Below are positions 10,828-20,727 of a DNA stretch of 64,000 nt, piece after piece. Position 1 is the first letter of the stretch. Each line of letters opens with the position of its first letter. The stretch comes from Candidatus Poribacteria bacterium (GTDB taxonomy: Bacteria > Poribacteria > WGA-4E > WGA-3G). The stretch lies in contig OZ244048.1 in assembly GCA_965215265.1 (NCBI GenBank), forward strand, positions 704,001 through 768,000. Direction: 5' to 3'. Under the pieces are notes generated by a model. The model did not search any database and was not told the DNA's origin. It worked only from the letters and a program-made list of their open reading frames with translations. Made by a program: the position numbers and the translations under genes.

Positions 10828-10912
10828 ATAATACACGAAGAGCAAAAAGTTTGCAAAAACAACTATTTTTTTTATTTATCTATATTTTACCAAAAACACG
10901 CGGAAAATACAA
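10828..10912 (-). promoter_or_regulatory. tandem sigma70-like promoters upstream of the methyltransferase leader
   Basis: TTGCAA-17-TATTAT (10828-10856) and TTGTAT-17-TAAAAT (10884-10912). Confidence 0.55.
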
Positions 10913-11140
10913 ATCTTTTTTTAGTCAATTTTCTGCTGCCTAGGTTGCTTGTCCTTTCTAGGAAAAAATAAATTTACTAAAGTGTCGAAACCACTCAGGC
11001 ACGTTCGTTTATCTTCTTGCACGTCCGAAGGGTGATTGCGTGATGTATGTCTTGTTTGTCTGTAGCTGCTCTGTGCCCAAATCTACGGACAGCACCCTAT
11101 TGTCTCACTTCAAGGGCTCATCTGTAATTGTTCAACTTGT

Positions 11141-14100
11141 TTACTCTACTGGGATGCCTTTTTCGCGAATTTCGCCTAAAGAAATCTGATAGCGAACCAC
11201 TTCAATCGTTTCTTCAGGGCGCGTCTGTTCTGCGGGATTCTGGAGAATATAGAGCTCGGGCTGTATTGCAGCATTGAGGACAACGTAGAGGAAATAGTCT
11301 GATTTGAACTGTTTAGCCTTAAACCACTCGTTTTGTGTCAAAGTCACTGCCCCAAGTTGTGCCCGCGCTTTGACTTCGATGTACCGTTTTACCGCTGCCT
11401 TATCCGTTGAGCGTACATCGAAACCTAAATTTTGTGCGGAAACATCTTCGGGTGTGCGTCCTTGTTCACGTTCATAATCCATTGTTACTTGCATGCCGAT
11501 TTGCTCAATCTGCGGTTCGCTTTTCATCTGTGCTTCCGCCATTGAAGTAGGAATTACCCGAATTGCACTGACAAAATTGGGTGTATTTATCGTGAGAGCT
11601 TTCTCTTGTGCGATGGTTTTCTCCAACTTCTTAAGAGCAGATTCATAGTCTTGCTTCTGTTCTTTTTTGTTATGTATGGCCAAATCGACGTTTTCGCCTT
11701 CACTCTGGCGTTCATAGAGTTTAATCAGTTCACCGTCCAATTGGAGAATGAAACTTTCAAGCGAGGTACGTCCATATTTTTCTTTTATGAGTGCTTGTCG
11801 CTCACGTTCAACCGCGAGCTCACATTTGTAATCTTCGAGGACAGGTATTAATTGTACCGTACACTGATTTCTCAAAGTTTCGATGTCCATTGCTTCCGTG
11901 CGTTGTGTGCTTTCTGCCAGATCCCAAATGGTCGCAGGGTCAATAGATTCAAACGTTTCTGTATCGGATTTGACGTAAAACGCAAAGAGCCGGGTGCCAA
12001 CGGTATGACCTAAGCCGTCGCGGATTTCACCTTCATAGAATAGAATAATGCCATCCATTTCCCCGTCGGGGTCTTCAAAAACTGCACCCTGTTTTAGACA
12101 GTCGGATAATTCGTTTTTTACCCAGTGGAGTATAGCTTCGAACAGCGGGTGCCCAAAAGAGATGAATTCGGCATCGGGGTTTTTGAAAGCGAATTCCTTG
12201 TCGAAAGTGGCTTTGGAGTATCTTCTTGCCAGATCTCCGTGTTTGCGCTTGAAGCTATCTTCTTGAGCAAGTTTACGGATCGAGAAGGGGATACTTTCTA
12301 TTGCCAGGAATCCGTCTCTGCGAGTTCGCAAGGTGCCTTTTAGTACTGCGAAGGCTTTTCCTACAAAAGCCTCGGTGTATTCAGGAATAAGACGGTGTTC
12401 ACGGGCACGGTCTGCCATTTCGTTGATGCGGGTGTAGTCAATGTAGTGGGTAGCAAGGCTTTCTCCTAAGTTGTTCTTGACTTGGTTGATATAGTCCGTA
12501 TCGACCTCAATGTCAATTTCCGCGAGAATTTCATCGAGGCTTTTCGCACTGGCTGCTGCTTCCCGTAACAGATGTTCAAGGTCTACCCCATAAAGTACTT
12601 CGTTCAATACGTCGAAAACCTTATCATTGCCCAATGCACTTTTGATTTCTTCAATCTTTTTGAAAAGTGTACTCAAGACCTGGCCTTCTCGAGTGTCTTC
12701 GGCGACAAGATTGTAGACGTATACTTCTCGCGTCTGTCCATAGCGATGAATACGTCCCATCCGCTGCTCTAACTGATTCGGATTCCAAGGTAAGTCGTAG
12801 TTAATCATCAGGTGGCAGAATTGTAGGTTGATTCCTTCACCTGCGGCTTCGGTTGCGATGAGTATTTCAGTTTCGTTTTTGAATTCGTTCTCGGCTGCGA
12901 TTCGGTCCTCATGTGCCAAGTTGCCATGAATTACTGTGACGGTATATCCCCAAGCCGTCATCTTACCCTGAAGGTATGAAAGCGTATCTCTGGATTCGGT
13001 GAAGATGAGAATCTTTTCACCGGCGAAATCAGTCTTCCATTTATCAAGCGTCTTCTTTAGTTCCCGTACTTTGATTTCGATTTCACCTTCGATGATTTCT
13101 TGCGCGGTGTGTGCCAGCATTTCAAGGGTTTCGATTTCACGTCTCAGTTCGTCCTGATTTTCTGCAACCGAAAGCGTCTCCCAAATTTCTTCTTTCTCCC
13201 ATCTTTCCTCTTCACTCAAATCGTTAATTTCCTCAAAATCAATGAAGTTAACAGTTCTCTTTTCCTCTTCTACGTCTTCGAGCAATTCCTGAAGTTTTGT
13301 TTTCCGTCGTTTAAGTGAATTGCGTAATGCATAGGTACTGGAAGCCAACCGTCTCTGTAAAATCACTAGTGCAAATGCCACGTTGTTCTTTTTATCTTTC
13401 GTCAATGCTTTGTTATATTGACTATTGACATAGTCAGAGAGTTCGTTGTAGAGTTCTTTTTCTTTCGGTGAATCAACACCTAGATTAAACGGTAGCGTTT
13501 GAACATGCCTGGGAAGAAAGAGCGGTTTACCTTCAAAATCCTTCAAATCTTCTTTCACACGCCGAAGGAAAAGGGGGTTATCTTTCGTCGCAATAGATTC
13601 AGTGAGCATTTCACTGTTTGCAAAGAATCCGGGTTCAAGGAGATCCAAGAATAACCTGAAATTCTCTGGATCGCCCTTATGCGGTGTTGCCGTGAGAAAT
13701 AACAGATGGGTTGAGATTCTGGATAGGGTTTCTCCTAATTGATACCTGCTGGTTTTCTTCAACTTTTTCCCATACTGGTATGCTGCCATTTTGTGTGCCT
13801 CGTCCACGACAATGAGATCGAAGTGGGCCGACCCAATTGCAGGCATCACATCATCACGTTTTGCGAAATCTATGGAAGTAATCAGATGCGTTTCACGCGT
13901 CCAAAGGTTCTCACCGGGTTGTGAAGCAAGAACCGCTCGATCGATGATAACAAAATTTTCTTCAAACCGATCCTTCAGTTCACGTCGCCATTGGTTCTTG
14001 AGGTGCCCCGGCACAACAATCAAAATTCGGTTAATGATGTGCCGGAGTTTTAGTTCCTTGATAATTAGACCTGCCATGATTGTTTTACCAGCACCGGGGT

Positions 14101-14470
14101 CATCTGCAATCATAAAGCGGATTCGTGGAAGTTTGAGAATATGCCCATAGACCGATTCCACCTGATGTGGTAAGGGATCCACTTTAGAGGCATTTATCGC
14201 GAAAAGCGAATCATAGAGAGCAGCATATCGGTATCGTAGTGCCTCAAGACTCAGGAACACGTGGGGTGCCAATGCCGTGAAGTCCAGTGCCAGTTTCTCT
14301 GTCTGCAGTGCGTCTGCTTCGTTCCGGAGCATCAATTGGTCTATATGTCCGCCGGAATCGATGGTGGAGCCAATTAGATGGATATACTCGCCTCTCTCTT
14401 GCCATAGGTCAATTTTTACCGGTTCGGGCCATTTATTAGATTTTACGATGTCCCCGCTTTTAATATTCAT
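11141..14470 (-). CDS. SNF2-family helicase with C-terminal DUF3883 PD-(D/E)xK nuclease
   Basis: DDPGAGKT, DEAH, TATPH, GEGINLQ, EQRMGRIHRYGQ; C-terminal GFDVRS..YIEVKAR. Confidence 0.9.
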   Translation of the reverse strand: MNIKSGDIVKSNKWPEPVKIDLWQERGEYIHLIGSTIDSGGHIDQLMLRNEADALQTEKLALDFTALAPHVFLSLEALRYRYAALYDSLFAINASKVDPLPHQVESVYGHILKLPRIRFMIADDPGAGKTIMAGLIIKELKLRHIINRILIVVPGHLKNQWRRELKDRFEENFVIIDRAVLASQPGENLWTRETHLITSIDFAKRDDVMPAIGSAHFDLIVVDEAHKMAAYQYGKKLKKTSRYQLGETLSRISTHLLFLTATPHKGDPENFRLFLDLLEPGFFANSEMLTESIATKDNPLFLRRVKEDLKDFEGKPLFLPRHVQTLPFNLGVDSPKEKELYNELSDYVNSQYNKALTKDKKNNVAFALVILQRRLASSTYALRNSLKRRKTKLQELLEDVEEEKRTVNFIDFEEINDLSEEERWEKEEIWETLSVAENQDELRREIETLEMLAHTAQEIIEGEIEIKVRELKKTLDKWKTDFAGEKILIFTESRDTLSYLQGKMTAWGYTVTVIHGNLAHEDRIAAENEFKNETEILIATEAAGEGINLQFCHLMINYDLPWNPNQLEQRMGRIHRYGQTREVYVYNLVAEDTREGQVLSTLFKKIEEIKSALGNDKVFDVLNEVLYGVDLEHLLREAAASAKSLDEILAEIDIEVDTDYINQVKNNLGESLATHYIDYTRINEMADRAREHRLIPEYTEAFVGKAFAVLKGTLRTRRDGFLAIESIPFSIRKLAQEDSFKRKHGDLARRYSKATFDKEFAFKNPDAEFISFGHPLFEAILHWVKNELSDCLKQGAVFEDPDGEMDGIILFYEGEIRDGLGHTVGTRLFAFYVKSDTETFESIDPATIWDLAESTQRTEAMDIETLRNQCTVQLIPVLEDYKCELAVERERQALIKEKYGRTSLESFILQLDGELIKLYERQSEGENVDLAIHNKKEQKQDYESALKKLEKTIAQEKALTINTPNFVSAIRVIPTSMAEAQMKSEPQIEQIGMQVTMDYEREQGRTPEDVSAQNLGFDVRSTDKAAVKRYIEVKARAQLGAVTLTQNEWFKAKQFKSDYFLYVVLNAAIQPELYILQNPAEQTRPEETIEVVRYQISLGEIREKGIPVE

Positions 14471-14551
14471 TCTTATTCATCATTCCTTGTTGTGGGCTAT
14501 TCTGACAAAAAGCCGGACTTAACGTGACATTTTCTCTAGTCGTTAACAGAG

Positions 14552-14580
14552 ATTATATCGAATTTTTATCTGAATGTCAA
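14552..14580 (-). promoter_or_regulatory. consensus sigma70 promoter of the helicase gene
   Basis: Perfect TTGACA-17-TATAAT. Confidence 0.8.
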
Positions 14581-14670
14581 ATGATTTTCTCCTTTTTCCG
14601 TCTCCTGTTTGCGAACGCCTACTTTATTACAAGATTGACGGTTGGGCGGAGATATGAGATGTAAAATAGA

Positions 14671-14699
14671 TGGACAAAAAGGGTAAAGCATAGTAAAAT
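14671..14699 (+). promoter_or_regulatory. sigma70-like promoter of the PhyH gene
   Basis: TGGACA-17-TAAAAT. Confidence 0.5.
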
Positions 14700-14746
14700 T
14701 TTATCAAAGTTACAATATTAAGAATAAGGTAAGGCATCGAGTCGAA

Positions 14747-15556
14747 ATGACACCTAAACAACGTTATCTGTTCGATTTACGAGGCTATCTCCATTTAGAG
14801 AATATCTTAACAGCACAAGAACTGAGCAACGCGCAGGAAGCGATTGAAAAACTTGTGCAGTCGGCACCAGACGAATTACCTGCAGGTATTCAACGGGGCG
14901 GAGAAGGTTTTTCAAACGGATTCTCTGCGGATAAGTCGCTTGAGGCCTTGACACTGCATCCGGTTACCTGGCCGATTATCAGGGAATTGACATCGGACAA
15001 ACCGCGTTTCAACCGGGGCTCTCTTGTGGTGAACACGCATCACCGGCGCAAAATCACACCGCTTCATTGTGCACGAGAACACTTTCGCTGGACACGCCGT
15101 TACGCTGTGAAAAACGGCCAGATTTTCAATAACGACATCGTGGTTTTCTTCTATTTCACCGATGTGCATCCGGGCGATGGCGGCTTGGTGGTTGTGCCGG
15201 GTTCGCATAAAAGTCAGTTTGAGCGTACCGAAGAGTTGTTTTTTCCAGATGCAGATGATTTGGACGTAGAACTCCATCCCGCGCTCGTCAACGTAACCCC
15301 GAAAGCCGGTGATGCCGTGATTATCACCGAGATGCTCACACACGGAGTACTCGTCTGGAAACCGCGACACAGGGACCGGCGATTCCTCATCCTCCGATAT
15401 AAGACCCAGTTTTTTCAAGATGATCGCGGTGTTCGAGAGGCTTTCCCGCCTGAAGTGATGCAACGACTCTCGCCGGAGACAAAAGCCTTAGCAGCGTTCG
15501 GGAACTATTGGGAAGAGAAGGACATTGTCAAACAGGATATCGTGACGTTGACATGA
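14747..15556 (+). CDS. phytanoyl-CoA dioxygenase (PhyH) family protein
   Basis: FDLRGYL, GGLVVVPGSHK, KAGDAVI..LTHG..W, R motifs. Confidence 0.85.
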   Translation: MTPKQRYLFDLRGYLHLENILTAQELSNAQEAIEKLVQSAPDELPAGIQRGGEGFSNGFSADKSLEALTLHPVTWPIIRELTSDKPRFNRGSLVVNTHHRRKITPLHCAREHFRWTRRYAVKNGQIFNNDIVVFFYFTDVHPGDGGLVVVPGSHKSQFERTEELFFPDADDLDVELHPALVNVTPKAGDAVIITEMLTHGVLVWKPRHRDRRFLILRYKTQFFQDDRGVREAFPPEVMQRLSPETKALAAFGNYWEEKDIVKQDIVTLT

Positions 15557-15636
15557 AGAGGAGATTCTTAATTTTCTGAGTTAATCCTGTATTTTTGTGG
15601 TTATCTTGTGCACTTCCGTACAACGGATATACCACG

Positions 15637-15905
15637 CATGACTTCACATTTGTCCCCTTAAAATATCACGGTAGTTTTCGATTGCAGAGTTTGTGGAACA
15701 TAGATTGGCCGGCGGCGGATCGAAACGGAAACAACTCCGGGAGCAGACGAACGTTAAGGAATTGGGTGGGTGGGCACCAGAAGCGAAAAATATACGAGAG
15801 TACCTCTTGCGTGGCGGATTTATTATGATTGACGATTTCCATCGCACGCAGCAATAGAAACGGTTTTACAAACAGTTTAAGAAATTCTTCCCAAAACAGC
15901 CGACC
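15637..15905 (+). pseudogene. decayed DUF4159 gene fragment
   Basis: FTFVPLKY..WNIDWPAADRN in one frame, then EAKNIREYLLRGGFIMIDDFH..*..F...FP in another; frameshift, internal deletion and TAG at 15855. Confidence 0.6.
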
Positions 15906-16377
15906 TCATTCTCGCTTATGGCAAACAGTACATGGAGAACGCATCAGGCAGCGCGGCAGGCCAGGATGAATCTTTGCAGCATTTTGGGGCGGCAGGATCT
16001 GCGCCACATGCTGAAATACAGTTACTGGCGCACCGTACCGCCAGCCCGAGATTGGGTACAAGAACTGGATTTTGATTTTCAGACAGCAGCGTATGGCGGG
16101 CACGGTGTTGCCCGATACGTTGTGCACATGTTCTATTGGTTGTGTGGCAAGTCCGATGAATTCCGCCTCATCGGGGGGCAAGCGTGGCCCTGGTCTAGTG
16201 TCAATCAAATTGGACCTTCCTACGGATTTGGGCAGGCAGAAGGTTATGGAGAAAATTGGCGAAAGAATAACCCGGGTGATTATGCAACTGCTTAACTAAG
16301 TGAGACGCGAAAGATAATTACTGCACACCGTGTCCAGATTTTCAAGTCATGGAAAGGTACCGATCATTTATTTCGTT

Positions 16378-18303
16378 ATGTCAAAACCGTTATTGAAAAA
16401 CCAAACACCCCATCCCGGCGTGACGTTGCGTGCTATCATACTCGGTTTGCTGCTGATTCCGGTCAACACCTACTTTATCATGGCAAACCATCTCAAGTTT
16501 TGGAGTACCCTACCGACCACGATGTCACTCATCTACAACGTGGTTATCACCTTGGTGGTGCTGATTCCGTTCAATCTATTGCTGCGTCGGTTTCTGCCGC
16601 GGTTTGCGCTCAAACAGGGTGAACTGTTGACAGTTTTCGTCATGCTCTCGCTCTCCTCGGCGATTGCGGGCCATGACATGATGCAGACGGTGATTCCGAC
16701 AATTACGGACGGTTTCTGGTTCGCTACACCGGAAAATGAGTGGAGGCAAGTTTTCTGGCGGTACCTTCCGGCTTGGCTGACGACTAACGATTTAGCAAGT
16801 CTACAAGCACTCTACGGTGGTGATAGCACACCTTACACGAAGACGAATCTCCACGGCTGGCTCCGTCCTATACTTTGGTGGACAGTGTTGCTGACGGTGT
16901 TGATATGGGTGATGATCTGCTTGGATGTTTTTCTGAGAAGACAGTGGATCGAACGTGAGCGGTTGTCGTATCCGATTGTGCAATTGCCGTTGGAAATGAC
17001 ACGTACAGATGGACGGTTTTTCAAATCAAAGGCGATGTGGCTCGGATTTGCTATTGCAGGGGGTATCAATCTCATCAACGGTTTGCACATCTTTCTGCCT
17101 GGATTCCCGGAAATCCCCGTACGGCATGCTGAAATCGGTCAGTACTTCACTCAAAAACCGTGGAACTCAATTGGCTGGACACCGGTTTATCTCCGCTCGT
17201 TTGCTGTTGGGCTCGGTTACCTGATGCCGTTGGAGATGTCCTTCTCTATATGGTTTTTTTATTGGTTCTGGAAGGTGGAGCGCATCGTAGGGAGTGCTAT
17301 GGGGCTTGATATCCTGCCACAGTTTCCTTACGATTGGCAGCAGGTAATGGGAGGTTACCTTGTACTTGCTTGTTTAGCCTTGTGGGGCGGCAGACGTTAC
17401 TTTTTTGCGATAGGTAGACACATTTTTGGTAGACGGAAGAGACCCGGCGACATTGACGATAGCACGGAACCGATGCGTTACCGCTGGGCGACATTTGGCT
17501 TGATTTGCGGGATACTGTTCTTGGTTCTTTTTTCTTCCCAAGGGGGAATGGAGCTCTGGACGATTGTGCTCTATTTCCTAATCTATTACCTGCTCTCTAT
17601 GAGTCTGACGCGTATCCGTGCTGAAGTCGGTCCGCCGACGATCCGCACGTATGCGACACCTCACGGCATCATGACCGATCTATTCGGAAGCCGGTGGCTT
17701 TCGCACGGAAGCTTGACGATGATGCGGTTCTATCAGACTTTCAATAGAGGGTCGCGCGCGCACCCGATGCCGCATACGCTTGAAGGGTTTAAGCTCGCAG
17801 AGGAATCCGGCATGCACTCTGGCAGATTAATTGTGGCGATGCTGTGTGCTGCAGTGGTTGGAATTTTGGCCGCGTTTTGGGCATATCTCCTCGTCGGATA
17901 TGAAATCGGTCTGGTCAGCGACCTTGGGACAGGTGGGTACAATCTCTTACGAAATTGGATCTATGCGCCAACGGACCCGGATGTTCCAGCTGTTGTTTTT
18001 ACGGGCATCGGTGCGTTCTTCACAAGTTTCTTGTGGTGGCTGCGTACCCGTTTCCCGTTCTGGCCCTTTCATCCGGCTGGCTATCTTGTCGCCGGCGAAA
18101 AGTCTACGATGGGTAGGCTCTGGTTTTCGATTTTTCTCAGCTGGGGTATCAAAACCGGGCTGTTGAAAGTCGGGGGCATCCGTCTTTACCGCAAAGCATT
18201 TCCACTCTTTTTAGGGTTAATTCTAGGTGAGTTTACCATCGGTGGGATTTGGGTGCTAATTCGGCTTTTCACGGGAATGCCGATGTATTCGTTTTATCGA
18301 TGA
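16378..18303 (+). CDS. DUF6785/DUF6784-like polytopic membrane protein (OPT-like putative transporter)
   Basis: Many TM helices; GELLTVF, RRQWIERERLSYPIVQLP, WPFHPAG, PLFLGLILGE; paralog of 56051-58021. Confidence 0.75.
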   Translation: MSKPLLKNQTPHPGVTLRAIILGLLLIPVNTYFIMANHLKFWSTLPTTMSLIYNVVITLVVLIPFNLLLRRFLPRFALKQGELLTVFVMLSLSSAIAGHDMMQTVIPTITDGFWFATPENEWRQVFWRYLPAWLTTNDLASLQALYGGDSTPYTKTNLHGWLRPILWWTVLLTVLIWVMICLDVFLRRQWIERERLSYPIVQLPLEMTRTDGRFFKSKAMWLGFAIAGGINLINGLHIFLPGFPEIPVRHAEIGQYFTQKPWNSIGWTPVYLRSFAVGLGYLMPLEMSFSIWFFYWFWKVERIVGSAMGLDILPQFPYDWQQVMGGYLVLACLALWGGRRYFFAIGRHIFGRRKRPGDIDDSTEPMRYRWATFGLICGILFLVLFSSQGGMELWTIVLYFLIYYLLSMSLTRIRAEVGPPTIRTYATPHGIMTDLFGSRWLSHGSLTMMRFYQTFNRGSRAHPMPHTLEGFKLAEESGMHSGRLIVAMLCAAVVGILAAFWAYLLVGYEIGLVSDLGTGGYNLLRNWIYAPTDPDVPAVVFTGIGAFFTSFLWWLRTRFPFWPFHPAGYLVAGEKSTMGRLWFSIFLSWGIKTGLLKVGGIRLYRKAFPLFLGLILGEFTIGGIWVLIRLFTGMPMYSFYR

Positions 18304-18348
18304 AAGGCGAGATTTCCTCGTCTGAGCTAACATACTAGGAGACAAAAA

Positions 18349-19389
18349 ATGAAATTAGTCGTTCTTTCCTATAGTCACCATGGGCGCAGTATGGCACGGA
18401 CGGCGAACGCACTTGGGCACGAGATTGTCGGTGTGATGGATGGTGAAGCTGCCCCACGACAACAGTTGGCTGACGATTTTCAATGTCCCGGATTTGCAGA
18501 GGTAGGCGTGTGCCTCGATGCAAGCGAGCCGGATGCGGTGCTCGTCGCTGGTAAGCATACCGAGATGCCTTCGCATGTGCAAGCGTGTGTAGACCGGCGC
18601 ATCCCCTACCTTTTGGATAAACCGTTCGCAGACTGTGCAGAGCGGCTGCGTCCTGCTGCTGAGGCATCCGAAAAATACGGTGTATTCAGTGCCTTGGTGT
18701 TGCCAAACCGCGCGAGCCGGATTGTCGGACGCGTTGAAGAGATGATAGCAGATGGAAGCTTGGGTGAATTGGTGATGTACAGCAGTAGGTTGAATAACGG
18801 ACCGCCTACTCGCTACGATGCAACACCGTCAGCTTGGCACAATGACCCGACAATATCCGGAGGGGGGTGCTGGGCTGTTGAGGCAGCACACGGCATTGAT
18901 ACCTTCCTTCAATTTGTTGGCAGCCAGCGGATTAGCGTGGTTGGGGCGGTTATGTCCAACACAATGCATCGCCGGGTAGTAGAGGATAGCGGCATCGGTA
19001 TCCTCCGCACGGAGAACGGTATGACCGGAATTATTGAGTCCGGTTATACCTATCCATCCGGTACGCGCAGCGGAGATCATTTCTTCAGATTTATCGGAAC
19101 GAAGGCATCAGTATTTGAGCAGTACGGCCGGAACGGTGAACCGCTGATTGAAGTTCATACAACCGCAGGCGTGGAATTTAGCGAGGACATCTCGCACGGA
19201 GAGCGGATGCGGACGGTGATGGGGAACGCGCTTGATGCAATTCCGAACGGGGGCTCTTTCGTGCCGACGGTTATTGATGCAGTGCGAGTACTTGAGATTC
19301 AAGATAGTGTTTATGCCCATGCCCGGCAAGGCATAACGACTCACGGGCCACATCCGATAGGCAAGCACGGGGTGCCGCATCCATCTTGA
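18349..19389 (+). CDS. Gfo/Idh/MocA family oxidoreductase
   Basis: LLDKP, SGGG...HGID, VED motifs; GGAG RBS. Confidence 0.85.
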   Translation: MKLVVLSYSHHGRSMARTANALGHEIVGVMDGEAAPRQQLADDFQCPGFAEVGVCLDASEPDAVLVAGKHTEMPSHVQACVDRRIPYLLDKPFADCAERLRPAAEASEKYGVFSALVLPNRASRIVGRVEEMIADGSLGELVMYSSRLNNGPPTRYDATPSAWHNDPTISGGGCWAVEAAHGIDTFLQFVGSQRISVVGAVMSNTMHRRVVEDSGIGILRTENGMTGIIESGYTYPSGTRSGDHFFRFIGTKASVFEQYGRNGEPLIEVHTTAGVEFSEDISHGERMRTVMGNALDAIPNGGSFVPTVIDAVRVLEIQDSVYAHARQGITTHGPHPIGKHGVPHPS

Positions 19390-19416
19390 CATTAAAATCG
19401 GGACAAAAATCGTAGA

Positions 19417-19462
19417 TTGACGGCAAAAGGTATTGACCTGAGGTCAATACCTTACCCGTCAA
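19417..19462. repeat. 46-bp near-perfect palindrome
   Basis: AAGGTATTGACCT-G-AGGTCAATACCTT flanked by TTGACGG/CCGTCAA. Confidence 0.9.
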
Positions 19463-19514
19463 CTGATTATTCTCTGTCTGCTTCATTAATCCAGTCAATA
19501 CTGTACTGTGCTGA

Positions 19515-20708
19515 ATGTCACTTGCCTCGATTTTTTGTAGAGGGCTTGTCGCTTCTCAAGGTGGCCTCGGCGCTTCTCTCCAGCCATCTTCTAAGAAAAA
19601 TAGGGCAGCCTCCGAAGCCTGTGGTGGAAGGGAAAAGGTAATCCCACTGGGGGGTTTACTTCCTACTGATCTAGTTTTAGGCGCTATGAATCATGTAGCA
19701 CCGGAGATATTATGTTCATTTCTCTGCCAACTTATTAAAGAACCATTATCAATCGGTGCCAAACTAAAGGCTATCAAATGGTTAAAGAATGCTGCCTTGA
19801 AGTTAATGAAGTTAAATCGCAAGGAGAAGGATTCAGCGATTGAAATACTTAAAAATCTAACAAAAAATACACATCCACAGGTCTGTAACAGTGCATATGT
19901 CGCTTTGGGTCAAGTCGGTGAAGCCAAATCAAAAGACTATCTTAAAAATGCCTTCAACCAAGCACAAAGGGGCAAAATGCCTTTTCAAACTCAAATGAGT
20001 ATTCTAAAAGGACTCATCGCTGGAGGTGTTACTCCAGATGATGAACTGATGTTCGTGCGTCTAACATATAGCGGTTTTATAGGATTTCGAATCATGTCGG
20101 TCCGAGCGTTACGTCAGGTGGGAGAGAAATATTGGCAAAGACTTTCTGATATGGCGGAATCGGATCCAAATGCAGAAGTAAAAATTGAAGCCATCAATGC
20201 ATTAGTTAAGATTGATTCAACTACCGCGCATAAAGTGCTAATCAAACTGCGTGATAACAACCCAGAAGAAAAGGTTAAAAACACTATTTCTTCGTGGATC
20301 CAAAAATACCGTGAGGCTGAAGAGCAACCTTTACAGTCCACAATATCTGAGTTACAATCTTCAAATCATAGAATTCGACGCAAAGCGGCTAAGTCTTTAG
20401 GAAAATTAAAACATGACTCAGCAGTTCGACTCCTATGCGACGCTTTAAAAGATGAGGATGGAATTGTCAGAACGGTGGCAGCTGAAGCACTTGGGTCAAT
20501 TGGCAATAAATCAGCATCGTTTCCACTCATTGAAGCATTAGAAAATGACTCTTACCATGATGCTCGAGCTGCTGCCGCTAAGGCCCTAGGTCGATGTGGT
20601 AAAATTGGAGATAAAAGAATTTTTGAGGCACTTCTTAAAGGACATAATGATAGAAGCCCTCGAGTTCGAAAATGGTGTTTCTTTTCGCTAAAGCGGATTA
20701 GTGGATAA
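19515..20708 (+). CDS. HEAT-repeat protein (AT-rich; true start uncertain, possibly 5'-truncated)
   Basis: Repeats such as IRRKAAKSLG, VRTVAAEALG, ARAAAAKALG. Confidence 0.75.
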   Translation: MSLASIFCRGLVASQGGLGASLQPSSKKNRAASEACGGREKVIPLGGLLPTDLVLGAMNHVAPEILCSFLCQLIKEPLSIGAKLKAIKWLKNAALKLMKLNRKEKDSAIEILKNLTKNTHPQVCNSAYVALGQVGEAKSKDYLKNAFNQAQRGKMPFQTQMSILKGLIAGGVTPDDELMFVRLTYSGFIGFRIMSVRALRQVGEKYWQRLSDMAESDPNAEVKIEAINALVKIDSTTAHKVLIKLRDNNPEEKVKNTISSWIQKYREAEEQPLQSTISELQSSNHRIRRKAAKSLGKLKHDSAVRLLCDALKDEDGIVRTVAAEALGSIGNKSASFPLIEALENDSYHDARAAAAKALGRCGKIGDKRIFEALLKGHNDRSPRVRKWCFFSLKRISG

Positions 20709-20727
20709 GAGGCGACTTGTTAAATTG

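Noticed and set aside
10239-15857. Amber recoding suggested by two TAG codons at probable Trp positions (10239 and 15855)
   Set aside because: TAG is the normal stop of several intact genes here (DUF1552, DUF499, hup), and the second case lies in a clearly decayed pseudogene.
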